A stretch of DNA of 61,461 nucleotides from Candidatus Fermentibacteraceae bacterium (GTDB taxonomy: Bacteria > Fermentibacterota > Fermentibacteria > Fermentibacterales > JCC-6), in contig JAWLEP010000018.1 in the NCBI GenBank assembly GCA_041686025.1, forward strand, positions 1-61,461, given 5' to 3'. The notes beneath the pieces are model-generated. The model made no database searches. It saw nothing but the letters and a program-made list of their open reading frames with translations, and was not told the origin of the DNA. This document shows, piece after piece, positions 11,361 to 20,343 of this stretch (positions within the stretch are counted from its first letter, which is position 1; the number at the start of each line of letters is the position of its first letter). The position numbers and the translations under genes are program-made.

Positions 11361-11617
11361 TGCTGGAGTACGCCATGCACTTCCTGGTGGTCTCCATCCT
11401 GGTGAGCATGGTCAGGGTGGTGATCGGTCCCACAGTGGCCGACAGGATGATCGGTCTGAACCTGGTGGCGGCCCAGACCCTGGCCCTGCTGGTGGTGGTG
11501 TCGGTCTCCGCGGAGAGGCTGGTGCTGCTGGACGTGGCCCTGGTCTACGACATCTTCGGCTTCGTGGGGCTGCTGGTGCTCACCCGCTACTTCTCGGGGC
11601 GGAAGGGGGAGCTGTGA
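11360..11617 (+). CDS. mnhF: Na+/H+ antiporter subunit F (MrpF/MbhB-like)
   Basis: GPTVADRMIGL...LDVALVY. Confidence 0.88.
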   Translation: MLEYAMHFLVVSILVSMVRVVIGPTVADRMIGLNLVAAQTLALLVVVSVSAERLVLLDVALVYDIFGFVGLLVLTRYFSGRKGEL

Positions 11618-11943
11618 GCGTCGCCGCGGCCGTCTTCCTGGTTCTGGGGGCCGTGTTCAACATCATGGGCAACCTGGGGGTCCTGATCTTCCCCGATGTC
11701 TACACCAGGCTCCAGGCCTCCTCCACCTGCAGCACCACCTCAGTGCTCTCCTTCTTCATCGGCTGCATGCTCATCGCGGGGTGGGGCCCCATGCTGGGCA
11801 GGCTGCTGGTGATAACCCTCTTCTTCTTCATCACCAGCCCCATCGCGGCCCACATAATCGCCCGCTTCGCCTGGCAGACGGGCATCGTGCCCTGGAGGCA
11901 GAGCTTCAGAAAGAGAATGGAGGTGGGGGACTCCGATGATTGA
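11614..11943 (+). CDS. mnhG: Na+/H+ antiporter subunit G (MrpG/MbhC-like)
   Basis: FPDVYTRLQA...TSPIAAHIIAR. Confidence 0.9.
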   Translation: MSVAAAVFLVLGAVFNIMGNLGVLIFPDVYTRLQASSTCSTTSVLSFFIGCMLIAGWGPMLGRLLVITLFFFITSPIAAHIIARFAWQTGIVPWRQSFRKRMEVGDSDD

Positions 11944-12169
11944 GCTGCTGCTGGTGCTCATGGTGGTGGCCTCGGTCCTGGCCCTCCAGGTAAGGGACAT
12001 GCTGGCCGCCGTCCTCCTGCTGGGGGTGTTCAGCCTCCTCAGCTGCCTGGTCTTCTTCCTGATGCATGCCCCGGACGTGGCCCTGACGGAGGCCGCGGTG
12101 GGCACCGGCGTGGGAACCGTGATCCTCATATGGATCGTCCACAGGACACAGAGGAGGGATGAGACGTGA
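11936..12169 (+). CDS. DUF4040/MbhD-like subunit (split MrpA/B piece)
   Basis: APDVALTEAAVGTG motif. Confidence 0.85.
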   Translation: MIELLLVLMVVASVLALQVRDMLAAVLLLGVFSLLSCLVFFLMHAPDVALTEAAVGTGVGTVILIWIVHRTQRRDET

Positions 12170-12462
12170 GGGGCGGCCGCGTCACCGCAGTGCTGGAGGT
12201 GGCGGTGCTGGTGCTGGTGGCCCTCTTCCTGCTGCTGGCGCTGCAGGGGGATCACCCGGAGTCCTCGGAGCTGCGCGGGTACCTGATCGAGAACGGAAGC
12301 CGGGAGACCGGGGCCCTGAACCTGGTCACCGCCATCTACCTTGGGTACCGGGCGTTCGATACCCTGGGCGAGACCATGGTGCTCCTGCTGGCCGTCACCG
12401 GCGTGATCTACTTCGCTTCCTTTCGAAAGGGGGGAGAGGATGAAGAAGACCACCATACTTGA
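12166..12462 (+). CDS. MbhE-like subunit (split MrpA/B piece)
   Basis: NLVTAIYLGYRAFDTLGE motif. Confidence 0.85.
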   Translation: MRGGRVTAVLEVAVLVLVALFLLLALQGDHPESSELRGYLIENGSRETGALNLVTAIYLGYRAFDTLGETMVLLLAVTGVIYFASFRKGGEDEEDHHT

Positions 12463-12859
12463 TCTGGTCTCCCGCAAGCTGGCCCCCTTCATGCTTCTGT
12501 TCGGCCTCTACCTGCTGTCCTACGGGCACCTGTCTCCCGGCGGAGGATTCCAGGGCGGGGTGGTGATAGCCTCCGGCGTCATACTGCTGTTCGTGGCCCA
12601 GGGGGTGGGATCCACCATCTCCCTCTTTCCCTTCCGGGCGCTGTCCCTGGTGGAGGGGGGGGCCTTCCTGCTCCTGGTGGCGGCGGGGCTGGCCGGCCTG
12701 GCCGCCGGGGCCGGCTTCCTGGGCAACCCAATGGCAGGGGTGAACGTCCGGATGGTGCCGCGGGCGAGCATGATCCTTGTCTACAACGTCCTCATCGGCC
12801 TGAAGGTGGGCGCGGGCATCAGCTTCATGTGCATGTACCTGTTCCGGGAGGACAGATGA
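12440..12859 (+). CDS. mnhB: MnhB-domain subunit (MrpB/MbhF-like)
   Basis: GHLSPGGGFQGG. Confidence 0.9.
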   Translation: MKKTTILDLVSRKLAPFMLLFGLYLLSYGHLSPGGGFQGGVVIASGVILLFVAQGVGSTISLFPFRALSLVEGGAFLLLVAAGLAGLAAGAGFLGNPMAGVNVRMVPRASMILVYNVLIGLKVGAGISFMCMYLFREDR

Positions 12860-13194
12860 TCTGGGCCCTGATATGCCTGATCTTCCTGGTGGGCCTGTGG
12901 GGGGTGACCCGCAAGGCCAACATGGTGAAGAAGGTGATGGGCCTGAGCATCGCCAACAGCGGGATCATACTGCTGTTCGTCCACTACGGCTCGCTTTCCG
13001 GCGCCACGGCCCCCATAGAGGGAAGCGGAAGGCCCATGGTGGACCCGCTGCCGCAGGCCCTGATGCTCACGGCGATAGTGGTGGGGGTCTGCGTCATGGC
13101 CCTGGCCCTGGTTCTGGTCTACCGCCTGTACCTGAGGTTCGGGACCCTGGACATGCACAGGGTCGAGCTGGGGGCCTGGAAGCTGCATGACTGA
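12856..13194 (+). CDS. mnhC: Na+/H+ antiporter subunit C (MrpC/MbhG-like)
   Basis: VDPLPQALMLTAIVVG. Confidence 0.9.
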   Translation: MIWALICLIFLVGLWGVTRKANMVKKVMGLSIANSGIILLFVHYGSLSGATAPIEGSGRPMVDPLPQALMLTAIVVGVCVMALALVLVYRLYLRFGTLDMHRVELGAWKLHD

Positions 13195-14833
13195 CAGCCC
13201 GCTGGTCTGGGTCCTGCTGGCCCCCCTGCTGGGGGCGGTTGTCTCCCTCTTCGGAAAGCTCCTGGCCCCGCTGCGGCGGCCGCTGTCCTTCCTGGGCGCA
13301 GCCACCCTGGCGGTACCGGCGGCGGCCCTGGCACTCCTGCTGGAGCCGGTGCTGTCCGGAGAGAGCGTCCGGTACGCCCTGGGAGGATGGCCCGAGCCCT
13401 ACGGCATAGGCCTGGTCCTGGACGGCCTCTCCTGGATCTCCTGCGCCCTGACCACGGTGATAGCCGCCGCCGTGGCCCTGTTCTCCCTGGGCCGCCGCAG
13501 GTACGGGGCCGGCTACTTCTTCTTCCTGCTGATGATGGTGACGGGCATGTACGGGGTGGCTCTCACCGGCGACCTGTTCACCATGTTCGTCAGCTTCGAG
13601 ATAGTCGCCGTCTCCGCCTACGTCCTCATAGCCTGGGAGGGCACGGCCACCGGCCTGGCCGCCAGCTACAAGTACCTGGTGCTCAGCACCACGGGCATCC
13701 TGTTCTTCCTCTTCGGGGTGTTCCTGGTCTACCGCGACCTGGGCGTACTCTCCATCTCCCACATCTCGCAGGCCCTGGCGACGTCCGGCGGTGTGCTGAA
13801 CACCCGCGCCATGCACCTGGCCCTGGCCTCGCTGTGCGTGGGCATAGGCGTGCGCACGGCCTTCATCCCCTTTCACACCTGGCTGCCGGAGGCCCACGCC
13901 TACGCCCCGCATCCCGTGTCGGCGGTGCTGTCGGGGGCCATGATCAAGGTGTCGCTCTTCGCCATGATCAGGATCATCCTGCAGTTCGGGGGGGAATACC
14001 TGCTGGAGCTGCTGATGTGGATCGGGGCGGTCACCGCCCTGGCAGCGGTGATAAGCGCCCTATCGCAGAGCGACGTCAAGCGGCTGCTGGCCTACCACTC
14101 CATCTCCCAGCTGGGCTACATGCTGGCGGTGTTCGGCGCCGGCTCTGCCCTGGCCCTCACCGCGTCCTTCTCCCACGCCCTGAACCACGCGCTCTTCAAG
14201 AGCCTTCTCTTTCTCACGGTGGGAGCCGCGGTAAGTCTTACCGGGCAGAGGAACCTCTACCGTATACCGCCCCTGGGCCGCAGGCTGCCGGCCTTCTCCG
14301 CCGCATTCTTCGCCGGCGCGCTGTCCATCTCCGGGATACCGCCGTTCAACGGCTTCGCCAGCAAGGGCCTCATCACCGCCGGCATGAAGGGCTCGCCCGC
14401 CTACCCGCTGCTGTGGGTCACCAGCTTCCTCACCATCGCCAGCTTCATCAAGCTGGGCCGCATCTTCCTTCCCGGAGAGGAGCCGAAGGGCCTCCTCCGC
14501 GGGGGCGACAGGCCGGGAGCCCTGCAGACGGCCGTGGTGGTGGCGCTGGCCGTCCTATGCCTGTGTACGGGAGTGTTCGGGCGGCCCGTGGCCGGCGGCC
14601 TCTACCGCATCCTCCACGGTACCGCTCCCGAGTCCATTCCCCGGGTCTTCTCCGGCGGAAGGCTTCTGGGTGTGCTGCCGGCGGCGGTTCTGGGAGCGGC
14701 CGCCTACATGGCCGTCTCCACCGACCTGGGAAAGAGCCTTTCCGGAAGGGTCAGGGAGCTGGCTCCGGAGCTGCGCACGGTGCTGCTGTTCTTCTTCGTG
14801 GGGCTGCTGGCCTTCGCCGCCGTGGCCTACTGA
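13187..14833 (+). CDS. mnhD: Proton-conducting antiporter-like subunit D (MrpD/MbhH-like)
   Basis: GDLFTMFVSFE, PFHTWLPEAHAYAP, KRLLAYHSISQLGY, HALFKSLLF, GIPPFNGFASK. Confidence 0.9.
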   Translation: MTDSPLVWVLLAPLLGAVVSLFGKLLAPLRRPLSFLGAATLAVPAAALALLLEPVLSGESVRYALGGWPEPYGIGLVLDGLSWISCALTTVIAAAVALFSLGRRRYGAGYFFFLLMMVTGMYGVALTGDLFTMFVSFEIVAVSAYVLIAWEGTATGLAASYKYLVLSTTGILFFLFGVFLVYRDLGVLSISHISQALATSGGVLNTRAMHLALASLCVGIGVRTAFIPFHTWLPEAHAYAPHPVSAVLSGAMIKVSLFAMIRIILQFGGEYLLELLMWIGAVTALAAVISALSQSDVKRLLAYHSISQLGYMLAVFGAGSALALTASFSHALNHALFKSLLFLTVGAAVSLTGQRNLYRIPPLGRRLPAFSAAFFAGALSISGIPPFNGFASKGLITAGMKGSPAYPLLWVTSFLTIASFIKLGRIFLPGEEPKGLLRGGDRPGALQTAVVVALAVLCLCTGVFGRPVAGGLYRILHGTAPESIPRVFSGGRLLGVLPAAVLGAAAYMAVSTDLGKSLSGRVRELAPELRTVLLFFFVGLLAFAAVAY

Positions 14834-15047
14834 TTCCCGGGGCCGCCGGCCGCTGGCGGAAAGCGATGCCGAAAGACCCCGAGTTGCTTCCGTGACGCTG
14901 CATGGGCCCGCATGGCCGGACCCGCAATCTTGCGGAGACCCCCTCCCGGCCCATAGAGGAGGAGCTTGCGGGCGCCGACACAGCGTCCGCCGCGGTTACC
15001 CCCGAAATGCTGTCGGACGCCTCCGCGCAAAGATGCGTCGGGGGCGC

Positions 15048-15560
15048 TTACTCCAGGCCGGCCAGGCTGTCGTAGTCCACCATGCCTGCGAACAGGCTCC
15101 TTGCCTCCTCGGTCTCGCTTTCGATGTACACGAAGAACCGGTCCGACACCTTCACCAGCAGCTGGTAGTTGTCGGGGGTCTCGTATATGTCCAGGGCGGG
15201 ATGGCCCTCCACCTCCGTGCGCCTCACGTGCCCCTCGGAGGAGGAGTACTCGAAGGCGGTCTCGAACTGCGAGGACCATGGGGTCGCCGAGCTGTAGGCG
15301 CCGTCTACGATCGTGACCTTTACGTCTTCACCGTCGGCGGAAGAGCTGCCGTAGGAACGCTCGGCCATGCTGGCCGTGAATCCAGACGAGCTCAGGGTCT
15401 GTCCCTCGGCCTCCCCCGCGTTCCAGCCCGACGGGGGCTCGGGGAGACGGTCCTGCAGAACCTCCCACGAGACCGGGTCGACCTCTTCGGCGCCGGCGGA
15501 GCCGGGGATCAGAGCAAGCGCTATGGCAAGCATCGGAGCTGCGAGTGTCAGCCTCTTCAT
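15048..15560 (-). CDS. Secreted hypothetical protein
   Basis: Signal peptide MKRLTLAAPMLAIALALIPGSAGA; SD GAAGGAGAG. Confidence 0.7.
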   Translation of the reverse strand: MKRLTLAAPMLAIALALIPGSAGAEEVDPVSWEVLQDRLPEPPSGWNAGEAEGQTLSSSGFTASMAERSYGSSSADGEDVKVTIVDGAYSSATPWSSQFETAFEYSSSEGHVRRTEVEGHPALDIYETPDNYQLLVKVSDRFFVYIESETEEARSLFAGMVDYDSLAGLE

Positions 15561-15799
15561 GTCTCTCCTTCCACCAGATCTGATAAACTAAGATATACCA
15601 CTACAGGCGCGGGTTACAGTTCGGACACAGCAAAACCGGCAGACCCGGAATCCGGATTCAGAATCATGATACGGGCAGGCTCCGCACCAGTCAACGGAGG
15701 GGGTATCCGGCGGGGCGGGCCTGCGCGCAGGGACCTGTGCATACGTCGTCGGCCGCTGCGGGGCCTCAGGGCCGGAGCGGGAGAAAGCCCCCGGGGGGA

Positions 15800-16579
15800 C
15801 TACATAGTCGCCAGCACGGTTATGGAGGAGGCGAACCCGGCAAGGCTCTCGCGTGACTCCTCCCCCGAATCGCCGCAGCAGGAGGCAGCGTCCCAGGAAG
15901 TGTCGGCCAGCACCCGGACACCCTCGAAACCGGCGGCCCTGATGGCGGCCAGGTAGTCCTCCCGCAGCAGGGCTCCGGCCACACAGGCTGAGTAGAGGTC
16001 GGGGTCCCCGGCGGCCCCCGGGGGAAGGGGGCGGTTTAGGACTATGTCGCTTACCACCAGCCGGCCTCCGGGGCGAAGCACCCTGGCCGCCTCGCGGAAG
16101 GCCGCCTCCTTGTCCGGTGCCAGGTTTACGACGCAGTTGGAGATGACAACGTCCATGCTTCCGTCCTCCAGGGGGAGGTCCTCCAGGTCGCCGGGACGGA
16201 CCTCCACGTTGGAGAGGCCGGTGTCCTCGCGGAAGCGCTCCGCCTTCCGCCGGGCCAGGTCCACCATCTCAGGGGTCATGTCCACGCCAACCACACGGCC
16301 CCGGGGTCCCACGGCCTCCGCGGCGGGGAAGAGGTCGCGGCCTCCGCCGCAGCCCAGGTCGAGGACCTTCTCGCCGGGCCGGAGGCCGGCGTACTCCAGG
16401 GGGTCGCCGCAGGAGAGGCCCATGTCGGCCCCCCCGGCCGCGGAGGGCCCGCCGCAGCACGAGGATTCCCCCCTGGCTACCTCTGCGTAGGCCCGGCGCA
16501 CGGAGGACCTTACGGCCTCTCCATCGCTTCCGGCGCCATCGCGGCAGCCGCATCCGCATCCGTCTCTGTCTTTGCTCAT
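15800..16579 (-). CDS. arsM: Arsenite S-adenosylmethionine methyltransferase
   Basis: SCC, GLSCGDP, VLDLGCGGG, GVDMTPEM, ISNCVVNL, ACVAGAL; downstream of arsR. Confidence 0.85.
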   Translation of the reverse strand: MSKDRDGCGCGCRDGAGSDGEAVRSSVRRAYAEVARGESSCCGGPSAAGGADMGLSCGDPLEYAGLRPGEKVLDLGCGGGRDLFPAAEAVGPRGRVVGVDMTPEMVDLARRKAERFREDTGLSNVEVRPGDLEDLPLEDGSMDVVISNCVVNLAPDKEAAFREAARVLRPGGRLVVSDIVLNRPLPPGAAGDPDLYSACVAGALLREDYLAAIRAAGFEGVRVLADTSWDAASCCGDSGEESRESLAGFASSITVLATM

Positions 16580-16607
16580 GCAGTCTCCTCTCCGTTTGCC
16601 TCTCCCT

Positions 16608-16973
16608 TCAGCAGCTCCCGCACCTGCCATCCGGGCCGCAGGTCATCGTCTTCCTGATCTCCCGTGCGCGCCGTATGTCTTCGGCCATTGCCGGCTCCTC
16701 CGACAGCCGTTCGAATACGGTCTTCAGCAGGGCCTCTACGCAGGGGCTCCGGCCATCCTCGGCAAGGCCGTAGTGTATCCATCGGCCCTCCCGCCGGCTC
16801 TTCACGAGGCCCGCGTGCCGCAGGACGGCCATGTGCCGGGAGACCGTGGACGGCGCCAGACCCAGCAGCTCGGTCAGCTGGCAGACGCAGAGCTCCCCGG
16901 ACCGCAGGGCCATCACCGTCCGCAGCCGGCTTCCGTCCGACAGGGCTTTCATCACCGCAAGCAGCTCATCCAT
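16608..16973 (-). CDS. arsR: ArsR/SmtB family repressor
   Basis: KALSDGSRLR, ELCVCQL metal box, STVSRHM. Confidence 0.9.
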   Translation of the reverse strand: MDELLAVMKALSDGSRLRTVMALRSGELCVCQLTELLGLAPSTVSRHMAVLRHAGLVKSRREGRWIHYGLAEDGRSPCVEALLKTVFERLSEEPAMAEDIRRAREIRKTMTCGPDGRCGSC

Positions 16974-17000
16974 TGTCCGCCTCCCCAAGACCGTTCGATG

Positions 17001-17018
17001 TTTCGCCAATTAACGAAA
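17001..17018. promoter_or_regulatory. Putative ArsR operator TTTCG-N8-CGAAA
   Basis: Inverted repeat in an AT-rich patch just upstream of arsR-arsM. Confidence 0.65.
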
Positions 17019-17063
17019 TATATGCAAGGGCAACCGGTTCGAAAGGGCATGATTGCCCTTCCC

Positions 17064-17774
17064 TCAGGGCCAGGACCGGTAGAGGAGGTAGAGGCCGCCC
17101 ATCACCACCAGGAGGCCGCATGCTCCGCGGAACCAGCGGGCCGCCCGGCTCCTGCCCGACCAGCTCACCAGCTTCTGGACCCGGTCTGAGAAAGCGCCTG
17201 CGAATACCACCACCAGGCCGTGCCCCACGGCGAAGAAGGCTCCCAGGGCTACGGCCTGGCCCAGCCGCTCCGAGCCCAGCGAGAACATCAGAGCCAGCAC
17301 CGGGGCCATGAAGGCGAAGGTGCAGGGCCCCAGCGCCGCCCCCAGCACCAGGCCGATCAGCAGCGCGCCGGCCGGGCCCCGCCTGCCGAAGCTGCGACCC
17401 GAAGAGACCCCGGGCAGCGGCAGGCCGACCAGCCCCGAGATGGAGATGCCCACATACACCAGGACCAGGGCCAGGATGATGTTGCCCGTTGTCCCGATGT
17501 CCCCGGCTATGCGGCCCATCAGACTCGTTACCAGGCCGATCAGGGCGATGGAGACGATCATTCCCGAAGCGAAGAGCACCGCCAGGAGGGTTGCCCTCCT
17601 TCTATCGGTGGCGCTCTCGTTCTGCTGCAGGTAGCCCATCACCAGCGGCACGCTCACCAGGTGGCAGGGACTGAGAACCATGCTCATCAGGCCCCACAGG
17701 AAGCTGGCCGCCAGCGCGAGAGGAATCGAGCCGTAGAGCGCATGGCTCAGCGCCTCCATCACATCGCCGAGCAA
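17064..17774 (-). CDS. CcdA/DsbD-like disulfide-exchange membrane protein
   Basis: LSPCHL and LGPCTF Cys motifs; multiple TM helices. Confidence 0.85.
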   Translation of the reverse strand: MLGDVMEALSHALYGSIPLALAASFLWGLMSMVLSPCHLVSVPLVMGYLQQNESATDRRRATLLAVLFASGMIVSIALIGLVTSLMGRIAGDIGTTGNIILALVLVYVGISISGLVGLPLPGVSSGRSFGRRGPAGALLIGLVLGAALGPCTFAFMAPVLALMFSLGSERLGQAVALGAFFAVGHGLVVVFAGAFSDRVQKLVSWSGRSRAARWFRGACGLLVVMGGLYLLYRSWP

Positions 17775-17778
17775 GCCC

Positions 17779-18207
17779 CTACTCCGCTCCGTCGAAGCTG
17801 TAGCCCAGCCGCTCCCATCGGGCCAGCATGTCGTCGCACGACATGAAGCCCTCGTGGCGGTAGAGCTCCTCGCCGTCCTCGGAGAGGAAGACCTGGGTGG
17901 GGATCAGCCTGATTCCGTACTCCGAAGCGGCGGACCGGTTCCGGTTGACGTCTATTACGGTGACCTCGAGGGCGTCTCCCGTCACGTCATCCAGCCTCTC
18001 CAGCTCGCTCTCCATCTGCTGGCATGGAACGCAGCTGGTCGAACCCAGGTCCACCAGCGCAGGCACTCCCTCCGCGGGAGGGTCGTTCGAGGCCGCCCCG
18101 GACTCGGACTCCACATTTGCTTCCGCTTCCGGCTCCCCGTTGCTTCCGCATGCCGCGGCCGCTGTCAGGAGAACGGCGGTGAGAAGAATCGGTATGATGT
18201 ATCTCAA
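17779..18207 (-). CDS. Thioredoxin-family lipoprotein
   Basis: Lipobox AAAC; DLGSTSCVPC; IRLIPTQ...RHEGF; TTG start inferred. Confidence 0.82.
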   Translation of the reverse strand: MRYIIPILLTAVLLTAAAACGSNGEPEAEANVESESGAASNDPPAEGVPALVDLGSTSCVPCQQMESELERLDDVTGDALEVTVIDVNRNRSAASEYGIRLIPTQVFLSEDGEELYRHEGFMSCDDMLARWERLGYSFDGAE

Positions 18208-18265
18208 AGCAATCCCTTCGCTCCTTTTTGACCGTAAACCCTGCGACTCCCGCAGAGCCCCAGGC

Positions 18266-18508
18266 TTATCTGCCCGCATCTGCCAGAAGCTTCTCTATCT
18301 CCCCGGCGGAGGGGACCCGCCCGGCAAGTACGACCTCGCCGTCCACGGCCAGGGCCGGCGTGTTCATAACGCCCATGGCCACTATCTCTCCCACCTCGTC
18401 GACCTTCTGCAGCGTGTACTCCAGTCCCAGGGAATCCGCCGCCTCCCGGGCCAGCTTCTCCAGCTTCCTGCACTTGGGGCATCCCGTGCCCAGCACCTGA
18501 ATCTCCAT
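18266..18508 (-). CDS. Small redox-active disulfide protein (MTH895/TM0996-like)
   Basis: IQVLGTGCPKC...GVMNTPALAVDG. Confidence 0.9.
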   Translation of the reverse strand: MEIQVLGTGCPKCRKLEKLAREAADSLGLEYTLQKVDEVGEIVAMGVMNTPALAVDGEVVLAGRVPSAGEIEKLLADAGR

Positions 18509-18548
18509 GATGCGTCCTTCCCTTCGGTTGATCTCACTCCGGAATCCG

Positions 18549-19844
18549 CTAAACCAGCGCGCCGAATACGGCGCCGCTGGCCGTTGCCATGATCACCACC
18601 AGTCCCACGAACGTCGCCGTCTTTCTGGTGCCCAGCACCGACCGGATCACCAGCATGTTGGGCAGCGACAGCGCCGGGCCCGCCAGAAGCAGCGCCAGGG
18701 CGGGGCCCTTCCCCATGCCCGAGCCGAGAAGACCCTGGACAATGGGGACCTCGGTGAGGGTGGCGAAGTACATGAAGGCCCCGGCTATGGAGGCCAGGAC
18801 ATTCGCGCGGAATGAGTTGCCGCCAACCGCCGTCTCCACCCACTCCGAGGGGATCCAGCCCTCGTGCCCCGGCCTGCCCAGCAGGGCTCCGGCCACCAGC
18901 ACGCCCGCGAACAGCAGCGGCAGTATCAGCCGTGCGAACCCCCAGGTCTCGTCGATCCAGACCGCTCCCTCGCCCTTCGAGGTGCCCAGCGATACCGCGA
19001 ATCCGCCGATGGCCACCGAAAAGGTCCCCAGTGTGCCGGCGCCCAGCAGGCCCGCCGCCGCTGTGGCGCCCGCCGTGGCCAGCAGCTTCCACAGACGCAC
19101 TCCCAGCCAGCGCCAGGCGGCCAGGGCCACCAGACCGGCGAAGAAACCGGTGAGGATCCACTTCACCGAGTAGATGGCTCTCCACAGGCCGGTTGCGTTC
19201 TCGGGCAGGCCCCAGTTCCCGAAGACCAGCACCCCCACCAGGGCGGCGAAGATCACCACCGTCTGCCAGAGGGGACGGTCGTCGGAGGAGGAACCGGACT
19301 GTACGAAGCCGGCGGCCCGCTCCCGCTCCTCGCTGCGGTAGATCAGGTGCATCAACAGGCCGATGATGACGCTGAAGACGATGGCCCCCAGGGCCCTGGC
19401 CAGGCCCATCTCCACTCCCAGTATCCTGCCGGTGAGGATGATGGCCAGGACGTTTATGGCCGGCCCGGCGTAGAGGAACGCGCTGGCGGGGCCCAGCCCG
19501 GCTCCCATCCGGTATATGCCGGCGAAGAGCGGGAGTACCGTGCACGAGCACACCGCCAGGACGCTGCCGGATACCGATGCCACCGCGTAGGCCACAGGCT
19601 TCCTGGCCTTGGGGCCCAGGTAGCGCATCACGGCCTCGCGCTTGAGGAAGACCGCCAGGCCGCCGGCGATGAAGAAGGCCGGCAGCAGGCAGAGTATCAC
19701 GTGCTCCCGGGCGTACTCATGCAGGAGGGCCAGTGCCTCCAGGATCCCGGCCCGGAAGGAACCGGAGCCCAGGGGCATGTAGAACGCGCCCAGGAAGACG
19801 GCCACCATTACGGCAAGCGGCTTCCAGCTCTTTCTCAGATCCAC
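18549..19844 (-). CDS. ArsP/DUF318 family permease
   Basis: AVCSCTVLPLF, FLYAGPAIN, FMYFATLTEVPI, LLAGPALSLP. Confidence 0.88.
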   Translation of the reverse strand: MDLRKSWKPLAVMVAVFLGAFYMPLGSGSFRAGILEALALLHEYAREHVILCLLPAFFIAGGLAVFLKREAVMRYLGPKARKPVAYAVASVSGSVLAVCSCTVLPLFAGIYRMGAGLGPASAFLYAGPAINVLAIILTGRILGVEMGLARALGAIVFSVIIGLLMHLIYRSEERERAAGFVQSGSSSDDRPLWQTVVIFAALVGVLVFGNWGLPENATGLWRAIYSVKWILTGFFAGLVALAAWRWLGVRLWKLLATAGATAAAGLLGAGTLGTFSVAIGGFAVSLGTSKGEGAVWIDETWGFARLILPLLFAGVLVAGALLGRPGHEGWIPSEWVETAVGGNSFRANVLASIAGAFMYFATLTEVPIVQGLLGSGMGKGPALALLLAGPALSLPNMLVIRSVLGTRKTATFVGLVVIMATASGAVFGALV

Positions 19845-19872
19845 GGTGTTGCCTCCGGTCCAGATCTCGGCT

Positions 19873-20184
19873 TCAGACGCAGGAGCAGCTCTCGCTCTCG
19901 TCGATCACCCGCTGCACGCAGCCGAAGAAGGATGTTATGCAGGGAGTCTGCAGGTGGTAGATGATCCTGTTCCCGTCCCGGTTGGAGGAGACTATTCCGG
20001 CGCTGCGCAGGACCGAGAGGTGCCGGGAGACCGTGGACATGTCCGATCCCACAGCCTCGGTCAGCTCGCCCACGCTCCTGTCACCCGCCTCCAGCTCCTC
20101 CACGATTATCAGCCTGGAGGTGTGGGCCAGCGCGGAGATGACCTCCGCCCGCCGGTCAAGCTCCATCCTGCGGCCGTCGTCCAT
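19873..20184 (-). CDS. ArsR/SmtB family repressor
   Basis: ALAHTSRL, STVSRHLSVL, C-terminal PCITSFFGCV. Confidence 0.88.
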   Translation of the reverse strand: MDDGRRMELDRRAEVISALAHTSRLIIVEELEAGDRSVGELTEAVGSDMSTVSRHLSVLRSAGIVSSNRDGNRIIYHLQTPCITSFFGCVQRVIDESESCSCV

Positions 20185-20222
20185 GGGTTTCCCTTCTCTG
20201 CAACCCCTCAAGGTGTGAACAG

Positions 20223-20240
20223 TTTGGTATATACGCCAAA
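20223..20240. promoter_or_regulatory. Putative ArsR operator TTTGG-N8-CCAAA
   Basis: Inverted repeat upstream of arsR-arsP with the same geometry as 17001-17018. Confidence 0.65.
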
Positions 20241-20343
20241 TAGACAAATTGTCAACACGATCCCGTCCATCCGTGCTCTGTCCGTATCCGGCGCGTTGGT
20301 GCGGTCTCCGGATAGAGGGGCCCGAGGACGGCAGCCCCCCGGC

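Noticed and set aside
14834..15047. Several short hairpins after mnhD
   Set aside because: No U-tract or recognisable motif; expected by chance at this GC content
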